A stretch of DNA of 53,238 nt, from NCBI GenBank assembly GCA_011364905.1, contig RDNZ01000017.1, positions 1 through 53,238 of the forward strand, written 5' to 3'. Within the stretch, counting starts at the first letter, position 1. Every line of letters starts with the position of its first letter. The DNA comes from Candidatus Thorarchaeota archaeon. GTDB lineage: Archaea > Asgardarchaeota > Thorarchaeia > Thorarchaeales > Thorarchaeaceae. The translations under genes and the position numbers were made by a program. The notes under the pieces are model-generated. The model was not told where the DNA came from and searched no databases. It saw only the letters and a program-made list of their open reading frames with translations. Positions 1-9,135 of this stretch are shown in pieces.

Positions 1-451
1 CGAGGTCTTGGACCAACTACTCTACCTCCAGGATCACGGAGTAATAGTTCCTATTGGTATTCAGACAATTCTCCAACGCCAGGGTCTCGCATTGGTGAAT
101 GGGTCGAGTGACCAACTTATGCAGCCCCCGGCAGCAGTGGAAGAACCATCATCAATTGAGGAAAAGCCCAAAGGTAAAGGAAAGGAGAAGGCAAAGGAGG
201 AACCTCCCGAGGCTGCTGAAGAGCTTGAGTTTGATGAAATTACTGAGGAATCCCTAGAAGAGCCTCATGAAGAGATTGTTGAGAAACCAGAAAAAGAAGA
301 AGACGAGATGGAAGCGTTTGTCCAAGATGTGGAGTCCCTTCTCGTTGCAAAATCCAAGGAAGAGAAGAAGGACGATGATGAGCTGGACAAGTTCGTGAAA
401 GAACTAAGAGCCAAGATTGGCGAAGATGAGGACGAAGAATCTGAGGACTAA
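1..451 (+). CDS. 5'-truncated hypothetical protein with long acidic/low-complexity C-terminal tail
   Basis: The frame is open from the window edge (GAG GTC TTG...). E/D/K-rich tail; stop TAA at 449-451. Confidence 0.7.
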   Translation, partial: EVLDQLLYLQDHGVIVPIGIQTILQRQGLALVNGSSDQLMQPPAAVEEPSSIEEKPKGKGKEKAKEEPPEAAEELEFDEITEESLEEPHEEIVEKPEKEEDEMEAFVQDVESLLVAKSKEEKKDDDELDKFVKELRAKIGEDEDEESED

Positions 452-501
452 GCCAAGAACACTTATGTACCACACAAATAGGACAGGAGTCGTGCGTAGA
501 G

Positions 502-804
502 ATGCCATGGGCTGTTGACAATTACAATATACTTGATGGACGCATCTTAAGGGTTGAAATCACTGTACCCCTGATTGAATTCATGTATCTCAAGATTGAC
601 GATGTCAAAGAGGCATGGATAAGATTTCTTGGGCAGTTCATTTCTGAGCAACCAGGAATTGACTTGTCTTGGGAGATGGAGCCAAAAGATGATAATGCGC
701 TGGTAACTCTCAAGATTGCTAAGATTGGCGATCTCCCAAAATTCAGTGAAAAAGAGGCATTGGGTGCGCTCGATGCAGTTGATGCGCTCTTTGATAATTC
801 GTGA
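502..804 (+). CDS. hypothetical protein (100 aa)
   Basis: ORF with globular protein-like composition, preceded by a GGAG motif, and abutting the convergent gene (stop at 804 vs 806). Confidence 0.7.
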   Translation: MPWAVDNYNILDGRILRVEITVPLIEFMYLKIDDVKEAWIRFLGQFISEQPGIDLSWEMEPKDDNALVTLKIAKIGDLPKFSEKEALGALDAVDALFDNS

Positions 805-805
805 C

Positions 806-2077
806 CTAGGGATTTCGTAATCTCGGAGTCGTTCTCAAACCATCATTCAGTATTGCCACTTTTTTGCTGGAAGCAAGCATACTTTGGGCGGTCTCGAAAC
901 CTTCCTGCAAGTCTTTCACGGCAGTGCAATGTAAATGCTCCTCAACAAGTGACTCGCGAAGGCTGCTACAAATTATCACGTTTCTGGAATTCAGTACATT
1001 CCAAAAGAAGCAAGCCTTTTCCATCCCAAACTCGAAATTCGTGTCTGAGGCAATGAGGACTTCTTGCTCAGATGAGTATTCCGACATTCCACGAAGAAAA
1101 CCATTGGGGCCAACATCTCCACTGCACTCAGCCAGAAGGACAATTGAAGCTCCATGTTCGGTCACCTCAAGAGCAGGATAAAGACCATCAATCGCATCAT
1201 AGAGAGTATTGTCGAGTGGATTGCCTCCAGCACTTACTACTGCAATATCGGCTTTTCTGGTATACTCCACACTTGCAATACGAAACGCTGATTCTATACC
1301 TGATTTCCATGATGAGCGAGAGTCGCCAGCCACTACTTGAGCCAAGTTTCCTTGCCAATCCAACACTGTATTGATGATGAAATCGAGCCCAGCTATCTGC
1401 GCTACCTCCAACATATCAATGCAGGAAGGGGTTTCCATCATGAACTGGCCTATGTTTTTGCCAACCCTTAGCTTCGCATTCCTGATTATTGTCTTCAACC
1501 CGGATGCGCTCGGAATCACGGACATTCTTCCACCTGTCGCGCCATAGAAGACATCGGGTCGAATCTCACCTAGACCAATCTTCAGGTCGGCGCAGAGAAA
1601 CGCTTCGTTGATATAGACAGGTGTGGAGTAGCTTGGAGTTTCTCCGATATGATTCAGGTCTGCTTCTTTCTCAGGTCTATGAAGAACTAATATGTGCCCA
1701 CGTGCTTCGGGATTCCCCAAGAGGTCATTGACCTCGTCTTTCATAACTCGTTCTCCAGGTATTAACGGATAGACTATTGTTACATTGTCTGGATCGAAAG
1801 CAAGGGTTTCAACACTACTCAAGAGAGAGAGCAGGAAATCCTCTATGAGTTTGTGATGTTCGAGTCTATTCACAACGATTGCAATTGAGTCAACCTCTGA
1901 AACCCTCTCGGAGAGAGGTGGTGAATCTACTGGAGACTCCTGTACACGAAGTAGCTCAGAGAGAACATTGGGGTGTTTGGTCACGGTTTTTGGTAAAAGC
2001 TGCTCAATGGTGAGATCGCTATCCAATTCAAGTGGAAGAGACCCCTCTCCATATCGCAAGTCAACTCGCATAACCAT
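806..2077 (-). CDS. LarA/DUF2088 nickel-dependent lactate racemase-family protein, apparently catalytically degenerate
   Basis: LarA-like scaffold motifs: N-terminal LRYGEG, IGETPSYSTPVYIN, GATGGRMSVIP, DIAVVSAGGNPLDNTLYDA and LLAECSGDVG. Confidence 0.85.
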   Translation of the reverse strand: MVMRVDLRYGEGSLPLELDSDLTIEQLLPKTVTKHPNVLSELLRVQESPVDSPPLSERVSEVDSIAIVVNRLEHHKLIEDFLLSLLSSVETLAFDPDNVTIVYPLIPGERVMKDEVNDLLGNPEARGHILVLHRPEKEADLNHIGETPSYSTPVYINEAFLCADLKIGLGEIRPDVFYGATGGRMSVIPSASGLKTIIRNAKLRVGKNIGQFMMETPSCIDMLEVAQIAGLDFIINTVLDWQGNLAQVVAGDSRSSWKSGIESAFRIASVEYTRKADIAVVSAGGNPLDNTLYDAIDGLYPALEVTEHGASIVLLAECSGDVGPNGFLRGMSEYSSEQEVLIASDTNFEFGMEKACFFWNVLNSRNVIICSSLRESLVEEHLHCTAVKDLQEGFETAQSMLASSKKVAILNDGLRTTPRLRNP

Positions 2078-2173
2078 TCACTCTCACTGTTGTGTCTGGT
2101 CCGCCTCTTAAAGTTACCATACTTCTTGTGACAATGTTCATATTCAGGGTCGAAAAGCTCCTTCTAGAAGACA

Positions 2174-2923
2174 ATGAGGAATAAAGACAAACTCTTGCTA
2201 GTGTCAGTGGTCCTGCTATTACTCTACCTAGTCTTGAGTGCCTTAGTTCCTGGTCTCGTTAGCCCTTTTGGAGTTGCGTATAACTGGCTATTAGATGTCT
2301 CACTCGTTCTTGGCTATCTAGGTGCGTTCATCATTTCACTAGTTGGAAATGCCACAATTCTGTTTCCCTTTCCCTATGTTGGTGTGGCGTTCATACTCGG
2401 AGGACTGAGAAACGAACTAACAACAATGTTCCTCTTTGATCCTTGGGTGATTGGTGTTGTCGCGGGAACCGGAGCAATGCTAGGGGAGATGACTGGGTAT
2501 TTCATAGGGTATGGAGGCGGACGTCTGATTGACCAGAATCAGACAAATTCATTCAAGCTCTTTGTTGATGCGCATCCAAAAGTCACTCCATTTATTGTTT
2601 GGTTTCTCGCAGCAACTCCAATCCCTGATGATGTCCTAGTTGTGCCATTGGGAGCAGCGCACTATTCATGGTGGAAAGTAGCTCTGCCTCAGTTGATAGG
2701 AAAATCAATGTTCCTGACGACAATCGCATGGTCTGGAAGGATAGGACTTGATTTCATAGGAGCAATCCTCGGGAGTACTAATCCATTGAGTATTCTCTCA
2801 CGGATGATTGAAGTGGCAAGTGTGCTACTAGTGATTATTGCAATATACCTCCTTGTCAGCATTGATTGGACCGCACTCATTGATAAGAAAGCCTTTGAAC
2901 ATCAGCCACTCTCATCATCTTGA
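2174..2923 (+). CDS. DedA/VTT (SNARE-associated domain) family membrane protein
   Basis: Multiple hydrophobic segments, the GxxLGExxGYxIG motif, and LAATPIPDD typical of VTT/DedA proteins. Confidence 0.8.
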   Translation: MRNKDKLLLVSVVLLLLYLVLSALVPGLVSPFGVAYNWLLDVSLVLGYLGAFIISLVGNATILFPFPYVGVAFILGGLRNELTTMFLFDPWVIGVVAGTGAMLGEMTGYFIGYGGGRLIDQNQTNSFKLFVDAHPKVTPFIVWFLAATPIPDDVLVVPLGAAHYSWWKVALPQLIGKSMFLTTIAWSGRIGLDFIGAILGSTNPLSILSRMIEVASVLLVIIAIYLLVSIDWTALIDKKAFEHQPLSSS

Positions 2924-3870
2924 TTTTGTGAGTTTCCAAAGATTTTGCCACCCGCCTTTGTTAAAGACACAAACCCATCTTGCAGCATCTTTCCGATGGT
3001 TGCGACATTGATTGATTTCAGAGAAACTGGGATATTCACCATGCCTATATCATTCATTTCGCCGAGTAGTTGAAGGTACGCTCCTAAACGATAGAGAGCG
3101 AGTAGTCCGACACAGTTTGCAAAAGCTCGTTTGACGCCTGTGACAACGCCTTCTCGTGGATCCTCGAACTCTTTCATTGCACGTTCAATCTGCAAGAATG
3201 AACAACACATTGTCTGAGCGTTCTCATCAGGATGATCCATAAAGTGACCTGGCGCCTTAAGCATGAACGGATCTCGGACAAATCCCTCAACCTTTAGACG
3301 AGCCTCCTCATCAGGTATCGTCCACCATGAATGCAGGTGTTTGTCAGACAAGGGTCGCACCTCTAGACCTTCATCAACCTCTGAGTCTTTGAGTTCAGAA
3401 GGTAGAAATGAATGCCAACCGGGAATCATTCGGAAAGCAGTGTTTGGTTTGAGATGGACCTTGCGAGTACAGTAGTGAATTGAGTCATAAACCGCATATT
3501 TCCTAGGTCCGTCCAAGTATACAAAAATGGGTTCATAGTCACCCTCATGAGCTGGTACGGCCTGATAGTCCCACACGTAGAAATACTGCAGACAGGTCCC
3601 GCCTCCTTGTCCATTCTGCCGAACAACTCGACCAAATACTCCCACGAAGTCTGTATCTCGCAACGCATCGCGTGTGGAGTCTGGCATTACAGTGTCTAGA
3701 GTGTCTGCAAGTAATCTGTCACCCGTTACAATCCCTTGGGTTCGAGGAAGATGCTCTTGTAGGAGCTTCTTGTCAAAGTTGGCGGAGAGACCACTCTCAT
3801 GCTCCTTAAATGAAAGATTAGCTAGAGGAACCTTAACATGCAACTTATCAGCGAATTCTTTCTCAACCAA
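2902..3870 (-). CDS. hypothetical protein with Vps62/NPP1-like QY..HEGD(W/Y)E motif
   Basis: 322-aa ORF containing CLQYFYVWDYQAVPAHEGDYEPIFVYLD. Confidence 0.6.
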   Translation of the reverse strand: MVEKEFADKLHVKVPLANLSFKEHESGLSANFDKKLLQEHLPRTQGIVTGDRLLADTLDTVMPDSTRDALRDTDFVGVFGRVVRQNGQGGGTCLQYFYVWDYQAVPAHEGDYEPIFVYLDGPRKYAVYDSIHYCTRKVHLKPNTAFRMIPGWHSFLPSELKDSEVDEGLEVRPLSDKHLHSWWTIPDEEARLKVEGFVRDPFMLKAPGHFMDHPDENAQTMCCSFLQIERAMKEFEDPREGVVTGVKRAFANCVGLLALYRLGAYLQLLGEMNDIGMVNIPVSLKSINVATIGKMLQDGFVSLTKAGGKIFGNSQNQDDESG

Positions 3871-3921
3871 CTCATTCGGACCTCTTCTTTGAACGGGATT
3901 TGTATCATTGAAGCGATTCTA

Positions 3922-3964
3922 TAAAAAGAAAGGGATTGGGACTTCTTATTGAGAGAGCCCCAAT
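3922..3964 (-). terminator. hairpin plus U-tract downstream of the thiolase-DUF35 operon
   Basis: Minus strand: ATTGGGGCT-loop-AGTCCCAAT (9-bp stem with one G-U pair) followed by CCCTTTCTTTTT, just after the stop at 3969. Confidence 0.55.
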
Positions 3965-3968
3965 TGGA

Positions 3969-4358
3969 TTATGCAGGTTTGAATGCGAGATAGGTCTTAC
4001 CTGACTTCCCCTTCTCGTAGTCAAGTATTACAGGAATTCCCAAAGTTACTTCTTCAGGTTTTAGAGGATCGAATCCAAGAAGCCTTGCACTCACTCGAGG
4101 ACCTTCATCAAGCTCGATTATCGCAACATAATATGGAGTTTCTTCTGCGAACTCATCAGGTGCGACATGAATGACTGTGAAAGAAATGAGCTTACCTTTC
4201 CCACTTACTTCGGCCCAATCGATATTATTGCTGCCGCATTCATAGCAGCTGCCGGAAGGTATCGCCATTAATGATCCACAGTCTACGCATCGATAAGCCT
4301 TGAACATCCTTTCTTCGATATTCTTCAGATATTCCTCGATTGTCGGTTTATTACTCAT
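3969..4358 (-). CDS. Zn-ribbon + OB-fold (DUF35/ChsH2-like) thiolase partner
   Basis: CxxC..CxxC (CVDC, CYEC) followed by G.GKLISFTVIH..PY.VAIIELDEGPRV. ATGA overlap with the thiolase. Confidence 0.92.
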   Translation of the reverse strand: MSNKPTIEEYLKNIEERMFKAYRCVDCGSLMAIPSGSCYECGSNNIDWAEVSGKGKLISFTVIHVAPDEFAEETPYYVAIIELDEGPRVSARLLGFDPLKPEEVTLGIPVILDYEKGKSGKTYLAFKPA

Positions 4359-5527
4359 ACATCACTCCTCCTCATCACCGTCACGACACATGTAGCACCT
4401 GTGCCTCCGAAGTTATGAACAATACAGGTGTCATGTTTTGGTACCTGATTGGGGCCAGCAGTCCCAAGAAGTTCTTTGTAGGCTACAACCACCTGCTTAA
4501 CACCAGTGGCACCTACAGGATGACCAACTGCTTTCAAGCCACCCATGGGATTAATTGGTCGATCACCATCAAGTGCCGTCACACCATCACGCACAGCCTT
4601 TGCTGCCTCGCCTGGTTTGAAGAAACCAATGTCCTCACTTGCGATAATCTCTGCGATTGTGAAGCAATCATGGACTATAGCGAAGTCCATATCCTTAGGT
4701 TCCAGACCAGCCATCTTGTAAGCAATTCTACTTGCATCTACACTCGAGCTGAATGATGTCAGATCACTCCGATTGCAGAGATCCATAGAAGCTGAAGCCT
4801 GACCAGTCCCAGTGATTTTCACAGGCAAGTCAGTGTATTTCTTAGCCTTTTCATTCGATGTCAAGACAACAGCTGCTGCGCCATCAGATATAGGAGAGCA
4901 GTCAAAGAGTTTCAGTGGCCATGCAACATATCGTGGAGTCAAAGCCTTCTCTAGGGTTATCTCTTTCTGGAACTGAGCAAGAGGATTCGTTGAGGCATTC
5001 TTGTGTGCCTTGACAGATACAAGCGCCATGTCTTCCTCTGTTGTTCCATACCTCTGCATATGTGCCACAGCTGCAATACCGAAAACCCCTGGGAATGTCA
5101 GGCCAATGCTTGACTCAAATTGGTCATCTGCTGCAGCCGCAAGTGCCTCAGTCACTTTGGCTGTCGAGGAAGATGTCATCTTTTCCACACCAGCAACCAG
5201 AACCGTATCATAGATTCCTGATTCTATAGCCATAATTGCAGCCCGCAGAGCTGTTGCTCCAGATGCACATGCAGCTTCATGTCGAGTCCCAGGTATTCCT
5301 TTTAAACCAGCGAAATCAAGAAGCAATGGAGCAGTATGCCCTTGGTGAACTAACATCTCGGGAATGAAGCTTCCAATGAAGGCTGCCTGAATCTCCTTTT
5401 TTGGCACTCCAGCCTGAGTTGTGGCTTTGTCCACAGCCTCAGCAAACATCTCTCTGAAGGTCACGCCTTTGAGAGCTCCAAACTTTGTCTGGGCTGCACT
5501 TACAATGTTCGTGTTTTTCAGTGGCAA
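4355..5527 (-). CDS. thiolase (archaeal/SCP2-type acetyl-CoA acetyltransferase)
   Basis: EAACASG (catalytic Cys), CSPISDGAAA, VHDCFTIAE, GHPVGATG and HNFGG. TTG start with GAGGTG upstream. Confidence 0.95.
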   Translation of the reverse strand: MPLKNTNIVSAAQTKFGALKGVTFREMFAEAVDKATTQAGVPKKEIQAAFIGSFIPEMLVHQGHTAPLLLDFAGLKGIPGTRHEAACASGATALRAAIMAIESGIYDTVLVAGVEKMTSSSTAKVTEALAAAADDQFESSIGLTFPGVFGIAAVAHMQRYGTTEEDMALVSVKAHKNASTNPLAQFQKEITLEKALTPRYVAWPLKLFDCSPISDGAAAVVLTSNEKAKKYTDLPVKITGTGQASASMDLCNRSDLTSFSSSVDASRIAYKMAGLEPKDMDFAIVHDCFTIAEIIASEDIGFFKPGEAAKAVRDGVTALDGDRPINPMGGLKAVGHPVGATGVKQVVVAYKELLGTAGPNQVPKHDTCIVHNFGGTGATCVVTVMRRSDV

Positions 5528-5679
5528 CTAACGATTCCACCTCTCAATTTTACATGTCGCCACGAAAAAACAAGTACAAAAATGTAGGGGCGTGAGAGCT
5601 TTTTCCGATCTCTGAAGTTCGCATGCACTTTCGAGCTGGTCCGAAGACATAATAAGTCGGAGCGAGTGGTCACTGACGA

Positions 5680-6888
5680 TTGACAATGGACTTCTCACTA
5701 TCCGAAAAAGAGCAAAAACTATGGGAGCGAGCAAAAGAGTTCACACACGAAAATATCACACCACGAGCTCAAGAGCTTGAAAAGAAGAACGAGTTTCCAA
5801 AAGAGGTGGTTCAGAAAGCCTATGAAGCTGGTTTGATGAATCTCCATATCCCCACGGAGGCCGGTGGGCCTGGCCTGTCGCTGCTAGCGGAAACCTTGGT
5901 CTCTGAGGCTACCGGATATGGATGCGCAGGTATCGCGACATCAATGATGTGTAACAATCTTGCATTCGCACCCCTTGTCATTGGAGCGACAACTGAGCAA
6001 TTGCAGACATATGTACAACCACTAATCACAGGAAAGGACGCGAAGTTTGGGGCATTCTGCTTGACTGAAAGAAAAGCAGGATCAGATGCGGCTGCTGTGG
6101 CCACAAGAGCTGTCCGTGATGGAGATGAGTATGTGATTAATGGGATGAAATGCTGGATAACTAACGGGCCAGTGGCCTCACTCTACACTGTATTTGCCTC
6201 AACTCAGCCAGAACTTAAACACAAAGGATTGTCTGTGTTCTTTGTTCCAAAGAGCAAAGGCGTGAAGGTTGGTCATATTGAGAACAAAGTAGGCCAGCTC
6301 AACTCCATTCAGAGTGAAGTGATCTTTGAGGATGTTCGGGTACCCATAGACTGTCTGGTAGGCAAAGAGGGCGACGGTTTCAAAATCGCCATGTTGACAT
6401 TAGATAAGACAAGAGCTGGGATTGCGGCCATTGCAACTGGCGTGGCTCAACGAGCAGTCGATGAGGCAGCTAAATTTGCCAATATTCGCCATCAGTTTGG
6501 CCAACCAATTGGCAAGTTTCAAGGTATCAGTTTCACGCTTGCTGATATGGCAGCTAAGACAGCAGCAGCTCGATGGCAAACCCGATATGCTGCCTGGTTG
6601 GCAGACCAAGATTTGCCAAACTCAAAAGACTCGTCCTTTGCGAAGTTTTTTGCATCGGACACCGCAATGCAAAACGCTATCGATTGCATACAGATAATGG
6701 GTGGCTACGGGTATGTACAGGAGTACCCCGCTGAAAAACTAATGAGAGATGCGAAGCTTCTCCAGATATATGAGGGGACCAACCAAGTGCAACGGCTTGT
6801 TGCTGGAAACGTCATCCTCAAGGAAAGCGTCAATCTCGACACGGGCTTTCGGTTCAAGTACGATGGCCATGATGCACCAACAATGTAG
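5680..6888 (+). CDS. acyl-CoA dehydrogenase
   Basis: FCLTE..AGSD, NG.K.WITN, R.QFGQPIGKFQ, GGYGY..EYP and IYEGTNQVQR. The start may be ATG 5686. Confidence 0.95.
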   Translation: MTMDFSLSEKEQKLWERAKEFTHENITPRAQELEKKNEFPKEVVQKAYEAGLMNLHIPTEAGGPGLSLLAETLVSEATGYGCAGIATSMMCNNLAFAPLVIGATTEQLQTYVQPLITGKDAKFGAFCLTERKAGSDAAAVATRAVRDGDEYVINGMKCWITNGPVASLYTVFASTQPELKHKGLSVFFVPKSKGVKVGHIENKVGQLNSIQSEVIFEDVRVPIDCLVGKEGDGFKIAMLTLDKTRAGIAAIATGVAQRAVDEAAKFANIRHQFGQPIGKFQGISFTLADMAAKTAAARWQTRYAAWLADQDLPNSKDSSFAKFFASDTAMQNAIDCIQIMGGYGYVQEYPAEKLMRDAKLLQIYEGTNQVQRLVAGNVILKESVNLDTGFRFKYDGHDAPTM

Positions 6889-6917
6889 AAGACCCTTTGG
6901 CTGTATATCAAAAATAT

Positions 6918-6953
6918 AGCAGGCGAGAGTTTATCTCGCCTTCCTGCTTTTTT
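6918..6953 (+). terminator. hairpin plus T-tract after acyl-CoA dehydrogenase
   Basis: AGGCGAGA-gttta-TCTCGCCT (perfect 8-bp stem, 6921-6941) followed by TCCTGC-TTTTTT. Confidence 0.6.
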
Positions 6954-7560
6954 GGTGATAGACATGAGAAAGAGGTTCATCATACCCCTATTCATCATCG
7001 TAGTGTTGTCGCTCATGACCATCTACGACTTAGTACCATATCAAGAGCAGATACAGATAACACAGTCTGATTTTGTTCAGACTCAGCATGAACTACATAT
7101 TCTTTACAACAGCACACAGGGATTCATTCTCAACACAACAATTGAGATCAACAGACCCAATTTTTCCATCATCGATTCCACTATCCTTTCATCACACAGA
7201 AATCTGACCATGAAGATATTCATGACCAACACATCTTCTTTACTATTAAGTACAGAGTACACACCTGGTATGCAGCTCGTTCAGAACAGCTCAACGTTCT
7301 TCCTCGATAATATAGGCCAGAGAACTTTCTCGGTACGGTTTTACTCCTACAACTCATTCGGAAACTTCACATTTCGGGTTACAACTGTTCTTGGATATCA
7401 GATAACGGTCTTATTCCAGAGACTTCACAAGGTCCTCTTTTCAGAGATATTCAGGGACATCTTCAACGCCATTGACTCACCCCTATTACCATTTATTGTC
7501 ATCATGTCAATAATGATTCCCCTCGACATTCTAGCCTACCGTTATCTCAAGGACCATTGA
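6952..7560 (+). CDS. hypothetical membrane protein (N- and C-terminal TM, N-glycosylation-sequon-rich ectodomain)
   Basis: Hydrophobic ends and several N-x-S/T sequons. The start is probably ATG 6964. Confidence 0.7.
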   Translation: MVIDMRKRFIIPLFIIVVLSLMTIYDLVPYQEQIQITQSDFVQTQHELHILYNSTQGFILNTTIEINRPNFSIIDSTILSSHRNLTMKIFMTNTSSLLLSTEYTPGMQLVQNSSTFFLDNIGQRTFSVRFYSYNSFGNFTFRVTTVLGYQITVLFQRLHKVLFSEIFRDIFNAIDSPLLPFIVIMSIMIPLDILAYRYLKDH

Positions 7561-7815
7561 TATGTCCCTATGATTCGGCGTAAAAATTGAATGGACATTT
7601 GACAAAATATTCTCTTAAGCATAATAAGACTCGTCTTGCTAAGGAGTTGAACACTGAAAAATGAACATTAACTTTGACCTCGATGGAACCATCTGCTATA
7701 TAGCCAGAGATCTTTCACCGTCATTTTTCTCTCTTTCTCAAACATTGAGGTCATTTGGTTACTTACTTAAGAGTGATTTACCCCGACCAAGTCATCACTG
7801 TCTGGAGACACAATC

Positions 7816-8562
7816 TTGGATGATAACGAAACTCTGCGAACCATAAAGAACCGTCGGGCCATACGAGACTACGATACATCAAGAGATGTTCCTGATGAAC
7901 TGGTGTACAAAGTAATTGAAGCTGGCGGATATGCACCAAGTGCGGAGAATCAACAGCCATGGCGGATCATTGTTATTCGTGATAAGAAACTGCAGGAGTT
8001 TATCGGTCAAATCGCTGTGAACCGTACAATCGAGCTGTTTGGACGTGCTACGCCACGACAAGAGATCGAACGGAGATTGAGCTATATTCAATCGAAGGCG
8101 AGCCTTGAACGGACAATTGACATACTGATATCTGGCGAACGATTTGAATACATCAAGGGAAAACCGGAAACAAATGGAGCACCAGTCCTTCTTGTCTTGG
8201 CTGTTGATCAGACGCATGTCGGTAATTCACAGCCAACTCTGAGGGGAACTGGTGGAGTCTATGGGTGGTCATCTCCAAGACACGCCATTATTGCAGGGGC
8301 GATGATGTTACAGAACATGGCACTAGCGGCAACTTCACTAGGCCTCGGTAGCTGTGTCTCATCAGTCCAACTTGATCACTTTGATGATGTGAGAGCAATT
8401 TCTGAAAAACTCGGGATACCTCATCCTCACTGGGTCCCAATCCTCTGTTTGACACTCGGCTATGCCAAATATGAACGAACACTAGGTCCACCAAGGCAAC
8501 CTCCTGAAGAAGTCGCCTTTGTAAACAAGTGGGGCAGTCAATTCAAGGGGGCAAAGCGATGA
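7816..8562 (+). CDS. nitroreductase family protein
   Basis: RRAIRDY, APSAENQQPW, QNMALAATSLGLGSC and LTLGY. Confidence 0.93.
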   Translation: MDDNETLRTIKNRRAIRDYDTSRDVPDELVYKVIEAGGYAPSAENQQPWRIIVIRDKKLQEFIGQIAVNRTIELFGRATPRQEIERRLSYIQSKASLERTIDILISGERFEYIKGKPETNGAPVLLVLAVDQTHVGNSQPTLRGTGGVYGWSSPRHAIIAGAMMLQNMALAATSLGLGSCVSSVQLDHFDDVRAISEKLGIPHPHWVPILCLTLGYAKYERTLGPPRQPPEEVAFVNKWGSQFKGAKR

Positions 8563-9107
8563 ACGATTTAGAAACTCTCAGAACAAGCTTTGTTGCATTC
8601 ATCGATGGTCTTTGGTGGGGCCTCCGGGATCATACAGGACCTTTGTCCATGTACGACGGATACAAAAGAGGTTTCAAACAGATTGGGCTCGAGGTTGCAG
8701 AGAAGGTTGGCGGAAAGGGAGCTATTCCTGCTGCGGAAATCGCAGGGAAGGTGTTTAGTGCAATTGGCTTGGATGTTTCAGTAGATGAAGCAGTTGTCAC
8801 AGTGAAGAGATGTCCTATATGGGAAAGAATCCTGGAGCGCGGTCTCGAATTTGCATTTCATATTGAGGAGATTTGCTGGATACCAATGCTCGAGGGCATT
8901 GGCGAAAGAACTGGAGCGAAGCCTGAGATGGTATCAGCATTAAGGCTCGTACACAATGAGAAAGCAAAAATCGAGCATAAAAAAGGAAAGGCAAAATCTG
9001 CTTTGGATAAGGGCCGAATCTCTCGAGAAGAATATGATAAGCAAATAGTTATGCTTGATCAGACACTAAAGGACTCGCCCACCGTTGGCAAATACCAATT
9101 CAAGTAG
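8559..9107 (+). CDS. hypothetical protein, Cys-containing V4R/ATC-hydrolase-like fold with C-terminal SHOCT-like helix
   Basis: ATGA overlap with the nitroreductase. RCPIW...ICW motif and LDKGRISREEYDK (SHOCT-like). The fold call is tentative. Confidence 0.6.
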   Translation: MNDLETLRTSFVAFIDGLWWGLRDHTGPLSMYDGYKRGFKQIGLEVAEKVGGKGAIPAAEIAGKVFSAIGLDVSVDEAVVTVKRCPIWERILERGLEFAFHIEEICWIPMLEGIGERTGAKPEMVSALRLVHNEKAKIEHKKGKAKSALDKGRISREEYDKQIVMLDQTLKDSPTVGKYQFK

Positions 9108-9135
9108 GTGGAACTCTTACAGGTAGGCAGGAACG

